Below, one piece after another: positions 17,775-27,343 of a stretch of 64,000 nucleotides of DNA. The stretch lies in assembly GCA_021825655.1 (NCBI GenBank), contig JAKAGU010000001.1, positions 50,358 to 114,357 on the forward strand, given 5' to 3'. The notes below the pieces were generated by a model that was not told the DNA's origin, did no database searches, and saw nothing but the letters and a program-made list of their open reading frames with translations. Source of the stretch: a bacterium (lineage in GTDB: Bacteria > Patescibacteriota > Doudnabacteria > UBA920). A program made the position numbers and the translations under genes. Numbering within the stretch: position 1 is the first letter of the stretch; each line of letters starts with the position of its first letter.

Positions 17775-17824
17775 ATAACCAACAATTTTGGGTGACTGGG
17801 TGAAAGTCCTAGTACGCCCACCAA

Positions 17825-17850
17825 AAACCCCCGAAAGGTCGGGGGTTTTT
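17825..17850. terminator. Bidirectional intrinsic terminator
   Basis: aaaaaCCCCCGAaaggTCGGGGGttttt between the tRNA-Ile gene and the convergent HAD hydrolase gene. Confidence 0.7.
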
Positions 17851-17851
17851 A

Positions 17852-18445
17852 TTATGCGCTCACTTTGAGTTTTTTGAGAAAAGCTTCGAGCTTATGAACG
17901 TTCTTTTTGTATTGGAACGTGTGCATGCCCAAGCGTTTGGCTGGGATGAGATTTTTTTTCTTGTCGTCGACCAGAATGGTTTGTGCGGGTTTGAGTTTGA
18001 ATGTTTTAATCACGTAGTTATAAATATTCAAATTCGGTTTGCGCATGCCGACTTTGGAAGAATTTACAAAAGGCAGGCTGCCAAAAGTTATTCCGAGTTT
18101 TTTGGCAATAAAAGCGGGCCCGTTTTTGCTGTTGTTGGACAAAATAATGACTTGGTATTTTTGCGCGAGCCGGTTGGCCAGCTTCCAAGTGGGTTTAAAT
18201 AATTTGAAGCCGGTGATGACTTGCCTGATTTGGGTTTCGGCCACCTGGGGCGTGACTTGCTGGCTCAGTAATTTGCAGTATTCTTCAATCGTACATTGGT
18301 TCAAGTCATCCATGCGGCAAATTTTTCGAAAGGCCAGAGCCTGTTTGGCGCTCCAAAGCCGGGAGTATTTGTTTTCAAATTCTTTGGATGTGTCGCTGAC
18401 TAGCACATCGCCAAAGTCAAAAATAATGGCTGTGATATCGGGCAT
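17852..18445 (-). CDS. HAD superfamily hydrolase
   Basis: 197 aa with an N-terminal DxD motif (IIFDFGDVLV) and HAD core motifs. Confidence 0.75.
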   Translation of the reverse strand: MPDITAIIFDFGDVLVSDTSKEFENKYSRLWSAKQALAFRKICRMDDLNQCTIEEYCKLLSQQVTPQVAETQIRQVITGFKLFKPTWKLANRLAQKYQVIILSNNSKNGPAFIAKKLGITFGSLPFVNSSKVGMRKPNLNIYNYVIKTFKLKPAQTILVDDKKKNLIPAKRLGMHTFQYKKNVHKLEAFLKKLKVSA

Positions 18446-18484
18446 CTTTTTAAAAAGGGCTCTTTTAGGAGCCCTTTGTTATGG

Positions 18485-20950
18485 TTAGATGATTGTTGCA
18501 GAAGCGACCTTGTCCCCTTCGTCCAGGCGCATGACGCGTACGCCCTGGGTGGCGCGGCCGAGGGTAGAAACCGAATTGAGCGGCGTGCGGATGGTTTGGC
18601 CCGCTTTGGAGATAATTACCAAATCATGTTCTTCTTTGTTGTTTAGAATATACATGGCCACAATTTTGCCCGTTTTAGGCGTAACCTTCAGTGTTTTAAT
18701 GCCGCTGCCCGAACGCTTCTGGACTTTGTAATATGCGGCTTCGGTTTTTTTACCCAGCCCGTTTTCAGTAACAATTAGAACTTCCAGGTCTTTGACGTTT
18801 ACTTCTTTGCGGATAATGTCCATGGAAATAATCTGGTCGCCCTTCTTAAGGCGCATGCCCGTCACTCCGGCCGCAGACCGGCCCATGGGGCGGACGTCTT
18901 TTTCCGAAAAGCGGATGGCTTGGCCGTTTTCCGTGGACAGCATTACCTGGTCGTCGCCCGCGGAAATATCCACCCACTTGAGTTCGTCCCCGTCTTTCAG
19001 GTTTAAGGCAATCATACCCGTGCGGCGCACTTTTGCAAATTCTTCCCGCGCGGTTTTCTTAATCAACCCGTTCCGGGTGGCCATAATGAAGTATTTGGCC
19101 GAAGTTTTTTTGGACATGGTGAGCACGGCCTGGGCGGTTTCGCCGCCTTGCAGCTGCAAAAAGTTAACCAGTGCTTGGCCTTTGGAGGTCCGGCTGCCCT
19201 CGGGCAGCTCGTATACCTTGGTTTGGAAGACCCTTCCCCGGTTGGTGAAAAACAGGATGTCGTCGTGGGTGTGGGAAGAAATAAGTTTGTCGACCACATC
19301 CTCCTCTTTCAGGGTTTGGCCAATCACCCCTTTGCCGCCGCGAGCCTGCTGGCGGTATGTGTCCGGAGCCAGCCGTTTGACGTAGCCGGACTTGGTAATG
19401 GTAATAATCACATTTTGTTCCGGGATCAGGTCTTCGGCCGAGAAGGTGCCGACCGCATGTTTGACGACCTGGGTTTTCCTTTCATCGCCGTATTTTTCTT
19501 TGAGCTCCAACACTTCGTTTTTAATGATGCCTAAAATTAACTTTTTGGAAGAAAGGATTTTCTCCAGTTCCGCAATCAAAGCCTTTTTTTCTTTAAGTTC
19601 ATCGTCGATTTTTTTCCGTTCCAGTCCGGCCAGTGTCTGCAAGCGCATTTCCAAAATTGCGTCGGCCTGGATTTCGCTGAGCTTGAATTTTTTAATCAAA
19701 TTCGCCTTGGCTTCTTCCTTGGTCGGGCTTTTTTTGATGGTGTTAATAACCTCGTCAATGTGGTCCAGGGCTTTTTTCAGACCTTCCAGAATATGGGCCC
19801 GTTCCTTGGCTTTTTTCAGTTCATACTCCGTGCGGCGGCGCACCACAATCTGGCGGTGCTCCAGGTATTTTTCTAACACGGTTTTCAGGTTGAGGACATG
19901 GGGTTCAATGCCATCCACCAGGGCCAGCATATTCATGTGGAAGGTTTCCTGCAGCTGGGTGTAGGAAAACAGCTGGTTTAAAATTTTGTTGGGCAGGCCG
20001 TCTTTTTTAATGTCCACCACAATACGCACGCCGTCCTTATCGGATTCGTCGCGCACATCACGGATACCCTCGATTTTTTTATCTGAGACCAGTTGTGCAA
20101 TTTTTTCCAGCAGGGTGGCCTTGTTAACGCGGTACGGAATTTCGTGGACGAGAATTTGGAAAGTACCGCTTTTGGTTTCCACAATGTCGGTTTTGGCCCG
20201 CATGACGATGCTTCCCTTGCCGGTGGCATAGGCGTTTTTAATGGCGTTGATGTCATAGATGATGCCGCCAGTGGGGAAGTCCGGGCCTTTAATGAATTCC
20301 AACAAATCTTCCACGGTAATTTCCGAATCGTTAATCAGTGCCACGACGGCATCGCAGACTTCGGTCAGGTTATGGGGCGGGATGTCGGTTGCCATGCCTA
20401 CGGCAATGCCCAGAGTCCCGTTTAGTAATAAATTCGGCAGCTTGCCGGGCAGCACGGCCGGTTCCTTGCGGGTGGCGTCATAGTTGTCGCGCCAGTCCAC
20501 AGTTTCCTTGTCGAGGTCCAGGAGAATCTCTTCCGCGGGCGCAGACATGCGGGCTTCCGTGTACCGCATAGCCGCAGCGCCGTCACCGTCCATGGAACCG
20601 AAGTTGCCTTGGCCGTCAATTAGCCGGTAGCGCATGGCAAAGCTTTGGGCCATGTGAACCATGGAGTCGTATACGGCAATATCCCCGTGCGGGTGGTATT
20701 TTCCCAGCACATCACCCACCACAGCCGCTGACTTTCTGAATTTTACATTGTGGCGCAGGCCCATTTCATGCATGGCGTAAAGAATTCTGCGGTGCACAGG
20801 CTTCAGGCCGTCGCGAACATCGGGCAAGGCACGGGAGACAATCACGCTCATCGCATAATCCAAATAGGATTCTTGCATTTCCGTCTGAATGTCGCGGTCT
20901 TTCAGCAAGCCGATGTTATCCTTTAGAGGTTCGTTGGAGTCTTTGGGCAT
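18485..20950 (-). CDS. gyrA: DNA gyrase subunit A
   Basis: 821 aa. Region around the active-site Tyr ([28 protein letters not shown]) and a C-terminal beta-pinwheel. Confidence 0.9.
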   Translation of the reverse strand: MPKDSNEPLKDNIGLLKDRDIQTEMQESYLDYAMSVIVSRALPDVRDGLKPVHRRILYAMHEMGLRHNVKFRKSAAVVGDVLGKYHPHGDIAVYDSMVHMAQSFAMRYRLIDGQGNFGSMDGDGAAAMRYTEARMSAPAEEILLDLDKETVDWRDNYDATRKEPAVLPGKLPNLLLNGTLGIAVGMATDIPPHNLTEVCDAVVALINDSEITVEDLLEFIKGPDFPTGGIIYDINAIKNAYATGKGSIVMRAKTDIVETKSGTFQILVHEIPYRVNKATLLEKIAQLVSDKKIEGIRDVRDESDKDGVRIVVDIKKDGLPNKILNQLFSYTQLQETFHMNMLALVDGIEPHVLNLKTVLEKYLEHRQIVVRRRTEYELKKAKERAHILEGLKKALDHIDEVINTIKKSPTKEEAKANLIKKFKLSEIQADAILEMRLQTLAGLERKKIDDELKEKKALIAELEKILSSKKLILGIIKNEVLELKEKYGDERKTQVVKHAVGTFSAEDLIPEQNVIITITKSGYVKRLAPDTYRQQARGGKGVIGQTLKEEDVVDKLISSHTHDDILFFTNRGRVFQTKVYELPEGSRTSKGQALVNFLQLQGGETAQAVLTMSKKTSAKYFIMATRNGLIKKTAREEFAKVRRTGMIALNLKDGDELKWVDISAGDDQVMLSTENGQAIRFSEKDVRPMGRSAAGVTGMRLKKGDQIISMDIIRKEVNVKDLEVLIVTENGLGKKTEAAYYKVQKRSGSGIKTLKVTPKTGKIVAMYILNNKEEHDLVIISKAGQTIRTPLNSVSTLGRATQGVRVMRLDEGDKVASATII

Positions 20951-20970
20951 AGGGTTTAAGAGGTGTTGAG

Positions 20971-21534
20971 TTAGATGTTTTGGACTTTAGTTTGTTGTGA
21001 AATTTTTTGCAGAACGCTGCGCGTTTTTTGAATTCTCTCCATCCAAATTGAGACGCGGAAAGGAAATTTTTCTAAATCTTGGGGCAGATCCTCTGCCAGC
21101 CAGTGCTGTTCCAGTTCCTGGAAAAGCGCGTTTGTCAGATTTTTTATGCTCGGGGTCTCAGGTTCTCCTTTTGAGCTGTTACCCAAGAGCCGAAGCTCTT
21201 TTTCCCAGTTTTCCAGAAGCCTGGCCTGCTCCGCCTGTTCCTGGGGTGTGCCGGTAAAATTAGCCGGCTGCATCAGTAACTGTTTTTTCCAGACGTTTTC
21301 CTGAAAGCTTTGCCAGAGTTGGTTTTGGGCTTTGCGCCGCTCGTGTAAGTTGCCCAGTTGGTGGCTATCACCCAGTTTTTTTACAATGGGCCGGCTGGTT
21401 AACAGCCATTCGTAGAGTGCGGAGAGTTCTTTGTCTTGTTTTTTCAAGTAATCGGCGCTGGCCTGGGAAATTGACTCAGAAGACTCTGGGGTTTCCACGG
21501 ACAGGAGATTCTCCCTGTTCCCTAAGTATTTCAT
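20971..21534 (-). CDS. Hypothetical coiled-coil protein
   Basis: 187 aa, Gln/Glu/Leu-rich with heptad-like spacing. No recognisable motif. Confidence 0.4.
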   Translation of the reverse strand: MKYLGNRENLLSVETPESSESISQASADYLKKQDKELSALYEWLLTSRPIVKKLGDSHQLGNLHERRKAQNQLWQSFQENVWKKQLLMQPANFTGTPQEQAEQARLLENWEKELRLLGNSSKGEPETPSIKNLTNALFQELEQHWLAEDLPQDLEKFPFRVSIWMERIQKTRSVLQKISQQTKVQNI

Positions 21535-21537
21535 GCG

Positions 21538-21747
21538 CTATTGTTTTTTCCCGAAACTGTTTTTTACGTCGCCAAAACCCCGGTAGATAACCTGGAAGAG
21601 CGAAGTGTCTTTGGGAACGTTTTTGGAATAGCGGCTAGTCAGAACCCAAACCAACACCAGCAGCGCAGCCGTAATTATAACCGCTCCCCAGATGATGCGG
21701 ATTTTTTCCGAATGGGATTTTTTTTGCAGGCGTTCTAAGAGTCCCAT
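21538..21747 (-). CDS. Hypothetical small membrane protein (1 TM)
   Basis: 69 aa with one hydrophobic helix (IIWGAVIITAALLVLVWVL). Tightly packed between neighbouring genes. Confidence 0.35.
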   Translation of the reverse strand: MGLLERLQKKSHSEKIRIIWGAVIITAALLVLVWVLTSRYSKNVPKDTSLFQVIYRGFGDVKNSFGKKQ

Positions 21748-21749
21748 GG

Positions 21750-22376
21750 CTATCTTAAGGGTTCAAGGATGATTAATTTTACACCTTCTTCCACCAGATC
21801 TTTTTTCTTCAAAGTCAGCTTGTCGGTCTCCTCTTTCTTGCCGCCCATTTCCTTGATGAATTTTTCCAGGGGATCCAGATCCAAGATTAAATCCTTCATT
21901 CTGTAATGGGAAGGGATGATTATTTTTGGCTCGATGGCGTTTACCGCTTTGCTGGCCGCGCTGGCCGACATGACGGTGTTCCCGCCCACCGGTAGGATTA
22001 AGATGTCGATGTCCCCTAAAGATTCCAACTCCTCTTCTTTCAGGTTCATTTCTTTTATATGGGTAAGGTTCAGGATGCGGATGTCTTCGCTTTCAATCAA
22101 AAAAGCCGTGACATAGTGGTCTTCCTGTTTTAGGGGTAGGCCGGTGATGGTGACGCCTTTGATATCGTATTCACCCGGGTCGAACACCTCAAAATATTCG
22201 CCGGAGATGCCCGAAACCGCGCTATAAAGGCTTTTATTTTTTTGGGATAAAACTAAAATATCGGCTTGGCCCCTTGGCGGCACCAGTCCGGAGTCTTTAT
22301 GAAAAGGGTCGGTAATAATGGTGGCGTTTTTGGTGGAGATTTTAAAACTGGACAGGCCGAAGTATTGGATTTGCAT
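21750..22376 (-). CDS. MBL-fold metallo-hydrolase (UPF0173-like)
   Basis: 208 aa with beta-lactamase-fold features (ADILVLSQKN...ILPVGGN...IIIPSHY). Confidence 0.6.
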   Translation of the reverse strand: MQIQYFGLSSFKISTKNATIITDPFHKDSGLVPPRGQADILVLSQKNKSLYSAVSGISGEYFEVFDPGEYDIKGVTITGLPLKQEDHYVTAFLIESEDIRILNLTHIKEMNLKEEELESLGDIDILILPVGGNTVMSASAASKAVNAIEPKIIIPSHYRMKDLILDLDPLEKFIKEMGGKKEETDKLTLKKKDLVEEGVKLIILEPLR

Positions 22377-22507
22377 AAGTAGGACTTTTCGGGTTAAACA
22401 AAAATAAAAAACCTTAATGAATTGAGGGTTTTTAACCCGATGTAGGTACCTCCATTATAGCCTTTTTTATGCCAAAAAGCAAAGGTTTTTTCTCTTTTTT
22501 AGGCCTT

Positions 22508-22536
22508 GCCAAAAGGCCCGGTTTTTGGTAGAATAC
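22508..22536 (+). promoter_or_regulatory. Putative sigma70-type promoter for rpsA
   Basis: TTGCCA, 17 nt spacer, TAGAAT upstream of the rpsA leader. The leader contains a long-range inverted repeat (aagtgcct ... aggcactt). Confidence 0.4.
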
Positions 22537-22720
22537 GAGAGCTTACATTGGGTAAGTGCCTGCAAGTAAAAAATATTAATCCCCGGTAAGCTTTAAGTTT
22601 TTTAGGCACTTTAATAATTAATCGTGTGGTTATTAATATTGCTCTTATTCCATCGGCTGCAATAGTCGATTTTTATTTGGATTAGCAAAGTAATACGCGA
22701 TTAAAGAAAGTATAATTATT

Positions 22721-23914
22721 ATGTCAGAAGAAGCACAAGTTACCCCACAGGTCCCGCAGCCAGTGGTGTACAGCCCAGCAGCCCAGAAAGCCCAGACCAT
22801 GCAGGAGTTGCTGTCCTCGGGTGTGGAAATTAAGGTCTTAAAGGCCGGCGACATGGTGGAAGGCTCGCTTATTTCCGTGGGCAAAAACGAAGTTTATGTG
22901 GACTTGGAAGGCTATGGCGTTGGCGTGGTCCGCGGCCGCGAACTTTATGACGACCAGGCTACCCTAAACGCCTTGAAGCCCGGCGACAAGGTGTTTGTGT
23001 CTGTCGTGGACCCGGAAAACAAAGATGGTATTGTGGAGTTGTCCATGCGCCAGGCCGGCCAGGAGCGGGTATGGCAGACCATCAAGGACAAGATGGACAA
23101 AAAAGAAGTGGTCCGCACCAAGATCCTGGAAGCCAACAAGGGCGGTTTAATGGTGGAGATAAACGGCGTTGTTGGTTTTTTGCCGGTCTCCCAGCTTTCC
23201 CTGGAGCATTATCCCCGGGTGGAAGATGGCGACAAGAACAAAATCTTGCAAGTGCTGCAGTCTTACGTCGGCCAGTTGTTCGATGTTCAGATTATTACCG
23301 CTGACAGCGAAGAAGAAAAGCTAATTGTCAGCGAAAAAGCCGTGTTTGAAGAAGAAATGGAAGCCAAACTGTCCAAACTTAAAATCGGCCAGGTGGTGGA
23401 AGGTATGATTACCGGCGTGGTGGATTTTGGCGCTTTCGTGAAGTTCGGCGAACTGGAAGGTTTGGTGCATATTTCCGAATTAGCCTGGCAGCGCATTGAA
23501 AATCCCAAAGACATTGTGCATGTTGGCCAGAAAGTCACGGCCAAAGTTATTTCCATCGATAAGGGCCGGGTTTCCCTGTCCATTAAACAGCTCATGGAAG
23601 ACCCTTGGCTGGAAGCCGTGAAAAAATACCAGATCGGCCAGAAGATTACGGGCCGGGTTACCAAGTTGATGCCCTTTGGCGTGTTTGTGGAATTGGATAA
23701 AAACATCCAGGGTTTGGCCCATATTATGGAATTGTCCCACGAAGCGGTTAAAAATCCGGAAGAAGTGCTGAAAGTCGGCGAAGAAAAAGAATTTAAAATA
23801 ATTTCCATTGAGCCGGCGGAGCACCGTTTGGGTTTGTCTTTGCGGGCTTTGCAGGAGCCGCCGAAAAAAGCAGAAGAGAAGCCGGTGGCAACCGAAGCGG
23901 CACCTCAGGCTTAA
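22721..23914 (+). CDS. rpsA: 30S ribosomal protein S1 (4 S1 domains, short form)
   Basis: 397 aa with repeated S1 OB-fold motifs (GxV...GAFV.F/L...GLVH.SE). Confidence 0.85.
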   Translation: MSEEAQVTPQVPQPVVYSPAAQKAQTMQELLSSGVEIKVLKAGDMVEGSLISVGKNEVYVDLEGYGVGVVRGRELYDDQATLNALKPGDKVFVSVVDPENKDGIVELSMRQAGQERVWQTIKDKMDKKEVVRTKILEANKGGLMVEINGVVGFLPVSQLSLEHYPRVEDGDKNKILQVLQSYVGQLFDVQIITADSEEEKLIVSEKAVFEEEMEAKLSKLKIGQVVEGMITGVVDFGAFVKFGELEGLVHISELAWQRIENPKDIVHVGQKVTAKVISIDKGRVSLSIKQLMEDPWLEAVKKYQIGQKITGRVTKLMPFGVFVELDKNIQGLAHIMELSHEAVKNPEEVLKVGEEKEFKIISIEPAEHRLGLSLRALQEPPKKAEEKPVATEAAPQA

Positions 23915-23930
23915 GCCTGTTTCCGCTAAC

Positions 23931-23967
23931 CTAAAACCCCCTCTCCGCATTAGGAGAGGGGGTTTTA
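23931..23967. terminator. Intrinsic terminator after rpsA
   Basis: aaaaCCCCCTCTCCgcattaGGAGAGGGGGtttta. Confidence 0.7.
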
Positions 23968-23978
23968 GTATTTCGGCT

Positions 23979-24203
23979 TTACATTGCCGGTTTGGCATCG
24001 CACATCTTGCAGGTCTTTTTGTGGGTGAAGGCTTCGTACAAAGCGGCTAAGCCTACGAGGAGGTAGACGAGCATTTCCAAGGTTGGCCACTTGCCAACCA
24101 GGACATTGACCAGGTTAAACTTAAAGGCCACCAAGCCCCAGTTCAGCCCGCCGATGACAAGCAGGACAAAACTAATCATATGCATCATTTTCATTTTAGT
24201 CAC
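23979..24203 (-). CDS. DUF378-family small membrane protein
   Basis: 74 aa. IGGLNWGLVAF...LVGLAALYEAF matches the DUF378 two-helix pattern. Confidence 0.6.
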   Translation of the reverse strand: MTKMKMMHMISFVLLVIGGLNWGLVAFKFNLVNVLVGKWPTLEMLVYLLVGLAALYEAFTHKKTCKMCDAKPAM

Positions 24204-24290
24204 CCCCTCTCTTTCAAGGTTTGAGTAAAATATTCTCTATCTATAGTATACCAGCTTTTGGCAAGTTTTCTGGCGGAGTTATCCAGTTCT

Positions 24291-24324
24291 ATAAAAAAAT
24301 CGCCTTATTTAGGCGATTTTTTGA
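24291..24324. terminator. Bidirectional intrinsic terminator
   Basis: aaaaaaAATCGCCttatttAGGCGATTttttg between the DUF378 gene and the decarboxylase gene. Confidence 0.6.
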
Positions 24325-24326
24325 AT

Positions 24327-25715
24327 TTACCAGCCAAACATTTTCCCCACTTCTTCCGGGTTTTCCCGGCGGCGGGCCACTTTTATTTCCCCGTTTTGGG
24401 CAATCAGCTTAGCCGGGCTGGACAAGAGGCAGTGATGGGAGGCCAGCGAATCTTGGTAGGCGCCAGTGTCTAAAAAGGCAATGTAAAGTTCGTCAGTCTC
24501 CGACAGCCGGGGCAGCAGGATGTAGCCGCCGCCAGCCGTGTATTTGTCGTCAGAGTCACAGGAGCTGCCGGCCAGCCAGACTTTCTCCAGCTTTCTCGTA
24601 GTCATTTGGTTAATGGGGACCACGTGCCATTTTTGATGTATGGCCCAGGTGTCAATGAGGTCGTTCATAAAACTGCCGTTGACCACGTACCATTTGTTTT
24701 TGCCTTTATTCTCCACGGTCTTTTCAGCCAGGATTTTGTAAATAGTCAGCTGCGCCGGAGCGGCCACATAACGACCCCACTCCACGATTAGGTTGGGATG
24801 TTTGACGCCCAAACGGTCGCAGTGGCTCTTGGCATTTTTAATTAAGTGTTGAATCAGGTTTTTAGCTGAATAGAAATGTTTGCGCTTCTCGTAAGGCACG
24901 CCCGCTCCCCCGCCCATATCAATCGTGTCCAGGCCCGGGTTTTTTTCCCGCAGCTTGGCATAGAGCTCGATGGCGCGTTTTAGGGGCTTGACCAGCCCGT
25001 CCATTTTTTCGATCTGGCTGGAGATGTGGTAGTGGAGCACGGACAGGCCCCTGACTTTGCCCAGGCGCAGCAGCTCTTCTTCCGTAAAGCCGAAACGGTT
25101 GAACTTTTTATCCCAATGGCTGTTGATTTTGATGTTGAGGTTGACCCGGATGCCGACTTCGCCTTTGAACTTTTTTAAGCGCTCCAGCTCCGTATAGTCT
25201 TCAATAATCGGGATAACAATCAGGCCCTTGCCTTTCAGCTCCTCAATCAGGCTAATGTATTTTTCCGTCTTGGGGCCGTTGCAGATAACCCGGATTTTGG
25301 CATTAAACTTGTCTTGCTCAATCATGCGTTTAACCAAAAACAGCTCATTGGCGCTGGAAACTTCCAAGTTGGCGCCTTCGGCTACGGCCGGCAGGACAAA
25401 TTCCTTGTTCTGGTTAACCTTCATGGCATAGTGGTAGTAGAAGCGCGCCTTATAATTCAGGACTTTAATGTAGGCGTTGAAGGTTTCAATCAAATCCCGC
25501 ACCCGGTTTTCGATAATCGTCGGAAACATGATTTCCGTGCTGGAGCCGTATTTTTTGACAATGTCAAAAATGTTGTATTGGAAGTTGCCTTCCCTTACAA
25601 TCAGTTCGCCGTCAGGGCTGATATCAAAATTTTGGGTATTGTATTCTTCAATGCCCAGCTTCCAGAATTTTTTGAACCCGTTCTTTTTTTTGGCTGCGGT
25701 CTTGGTGGTCATCAA
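24327..25715 (-). CDS. PLP-dependent decarboxylase of the Orn/DAP/Arg decarboxylase fold, arginine decarboxylase (SpeA)-like
   Basis: 462 aa. The N-terminal region resembles SpeA (YNIFDIVKKYGSSTEIMFPTIIENRVRDLIETFN). Also has Gly-rich GGGAGVPY and a C-terminal SSCDSDD motif. Starts at TTG/ATG. Confidence 0.6.
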   Translation of the reverse strand: MMTTKTAAKKKNGFKKFWKLGIEEYNTQNFDISPDGELIVREGNFQYNIFDIVKKYGSSTEIMFPTIIENRVRDLIETFNAYIKVLNYKARFYYHYAMKVNQNKEFVLPAVAEGANLEVSSANELFLVKRMIEQDKFNAKIRVICNGPKTEKYISLIEELKGKGLIVIPIIEDYTELERLKKFKGEVGIRVNLNIKINSHWDKKFNRFGFTEEELLRLGKVRGLSVLHYHISSQIEKMDGLVKPLKRAIELYAKLREKNPGLDTIDMGGGAGVPYEKRKHFYSAKNLIQHLIKNAKSHCDRLGVKHPNLIVEWGRYVAAPAQLTIYKILAEKTVENKGKNKWYVVNGSFMNDLIDTWAIHQKWHVVPINQMTTRKLEKVWLAGSSCDSDDKYTAGGGYILLPRLSETDELYIAFLDTGAYQDSLASHHCLLSSPAKLIAQNGEIKVARRRENPEEVGKMFGW

Positions 25716-26000
25716 ATTTAAATTAATTAACTGCTAAGAGTACAGTATTTTTTGGAATTAGTCAACCCTTTGAGCCGGATAAAAAAAGACCCGTTCAGCT
25801 GGAACGCGTCTCATGTTGAATTAAGCCATTGGCTTGACCGCTTTGGTTGTGGACGGAGAAGGCTAAGTTGTAATTTTGGTTCAACTCCAGAAAATGAATA
25901 ACAAACGTAATTTATCACCAAAGAAAAACCTTGTCAAATTGAGCTTTTGAGCTTGATTTTATGAGGTATTTTGAGTAGAATTATAAGGCTTTATGCTCCG

Positions 26001-26076
26001 GGCGCATGGGCGAAGCATCTAACGCAGCGGTCTGCAAAACCGCGATTCATGGGTGCAAATCCCATCTGCGCCTCCA
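26001..26076 (+). tRNA. Probable tRNA-Cys (anticodon GCA), non-canonical D-loop and T-loop
   Basis: Hand fold: anticodon stem gcggt/accgc with loop cTGCAaa, T-arm atggg-tgcaaat-cccat, acceptor ggcgcat/ctgcgcc with one mismatch, discriminator U73 typical of tRNA-Cys, CCA. The D-loop lacks GG and position 54 is G, so confidence is lower. Confidence 0.6.
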
Positions 26077-26083
26077 AAAGCTT

Positions 26084-26170
26084 GCCCAGGTGGCGGAACT
26101 GGTATACGCTACAGACTTAAAATCTGTCGCCCGCAAGGGATTGAGGGTTCGATTCCCTCCCTGGGCACCA
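26084..26170 (+). tRNA. tRNA-Leu (anticodon UAA), class II with long variable arm
   Basis: Acceptor gcccagg/cctgggc, anticodon stem acaga/tctgt with loop cTTAAaa, variable arm cgcccgcaagggat, T-arm gaggg-ttcgatt-ccctc, ACCA. Confidence 0.85.
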
Positions 26171-26206
26171 CGTGTTTCCGTAAAATCTATAAATAGCAGT
26201 TTACAT

Positions 26207-26248
26207 AAACAACACCCCCGCCTAAAAGGCGGGGGTGTTGTTTATTGT
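26207..26248. terminator. Bidirectional intrinsic terminator
   Basis: AACAACACCCCCGCCtaaaaGGCGGGGGTGTTGTTtattg after the tRNA pair. Also serves the convergent secreted-protein gene. Confidence 0.7.
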
Positions 26249-26252
26249 AATA

Positions 26253-26954
26253 TTATTTAATAGCCAGTTCCGGAAAAGTGGTTAAGGCTTCGGCCGGAGC
26301 TTGGGTGTTGTTCTGGGCCGCCAAAGCGAGTTTCTCGTTTTGGGCTTCAGAAGTAAGCACCATTAATTCAGCGTATTTCTGTTTGGCTCCGTACACCCAG
26401 GCGGCTGAACCGGGCTGTACGTATACGCCCCTCATTTTTTCAAAAGTGGCGTATTTATCTTTGTAGATGGGCTTTTCCAGCAATTGGCACATGTCTTTAA
26501 ACCACTCTAATTTGCTGGAATATTTGCGCCAGGACGGATGCCCCGGCTCCACGCCAATGCCGCTGCAGTTATTGTCTGCGCAGTAACGGCCGAAATTGCT
26601 TTCGACCCAGGAAACCGCTAGCGCTCTCTGCCACTGGGGCTGCTGGATAATCTCGTTTGAGTACTGGGCCAGCGGCGAGTCGTGTTCTTCCAGGTAAGCC
26701 TTTAACTTAATGGCAAGCGGGTCAGTGGAGGTAATTTGCTCAAAAGCAATGGAATTTTGGTTTTCAGTCTGATTGGCTGATAGTTTTGAAGAATCGTTGA
26801 TTTCAAAAACTAGAGCGCCATTTTCCCTATTGACCGGACCTTCTGCGGCTAAAGTGATTTCAGGATAAATCGCAGGGGTCAGCGCAACCAGTGCCACAAG
26901 AACTGACAAAACGTGCTGGTTGCAGGCGGCCTTGAGGGCTAAAAGAGCTTTCAT
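26253..26954 (-). CDS. Hypothetical secreted protein (signal peptide, Cys-containing domain)
   Basis: 233 aa with an N-terminal signal sequence (MKALLALKAACNQHVLSVLVALVAL) and a conserved-looking WVESNFGRYCADNNCSGIG segment. Preceded by a roughly 350 nt structured leader. Confidence 0.5.
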   Translation of the reverse strand: MKALLALKAACNQHVLSVLVALVALTPAIYPEITLAAEGPVNRENGALVFEINDSSKLSANQTENQNSIAFEQITSTDPLAIKLKAYLEEHDSPLAQYSNEIIQQPQWQRALAVSWVESNFGRYCADNNCSGIGVEPGHPSWRKYSSKLEWFKDMCQLLEKPIYKDKYATFEKMRGVYVQPGSAAWVYGAKQKYAELMVLTSEAQNEKLALAAQNNTQAPAEALTTFPELAIK

Positions 26955-27294
26955 TTATAGAATCAAACCCCTTTCTCCCCTATTGCCTTATTTGTCCTAC
27001 TTAGGACAAGAAAGACAATCAGTCTATTAAAGTGCGACCGTTGACCGGTATCAGCTTTTTGGTGAAATGGTAAAAAGTGGATACCACAGTCGCCCCGCCT
27101 TAGCGGGGTAAAATGCCTTTTGGCCTCTTTTTTATAAGGATATTCAGTAATAAAAAAGAGTGCCATCTAGCACTTTCTGAATTAATTATACCCTTTTTAG
27201 CCTAGTTTTTCAAGCCCTTTTTATCGATTTATGGCTTAAATAAGCCAAACAACCTTTTTTCGGTTACAAGCATGGGAAAAACAGGTAAAAAAAT

Positions 27295-27327
27295 TAAGAA
27301 AAAAACCCTCTTGTTTAAGAGGGTTTT
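27295..27327 (-). terminator. Intrinsic terminator downstream of the 27344..28225 gene (minus strand)
   Basis: Minus strand reads AAAACCCTCTTaaacaAGAGGGTTttttttt. Confidence 0.6.
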
Positions 27328-27343
27328 AGTCAGTTTTATTAAA

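Noticed and set aside
26006-26260. 84-aa plus-strand ORF
   Set aside because: It lies entirely within the tRNA-Cys and tRNA-Leu(UAA) genes and their terminator, and has no coding signal.
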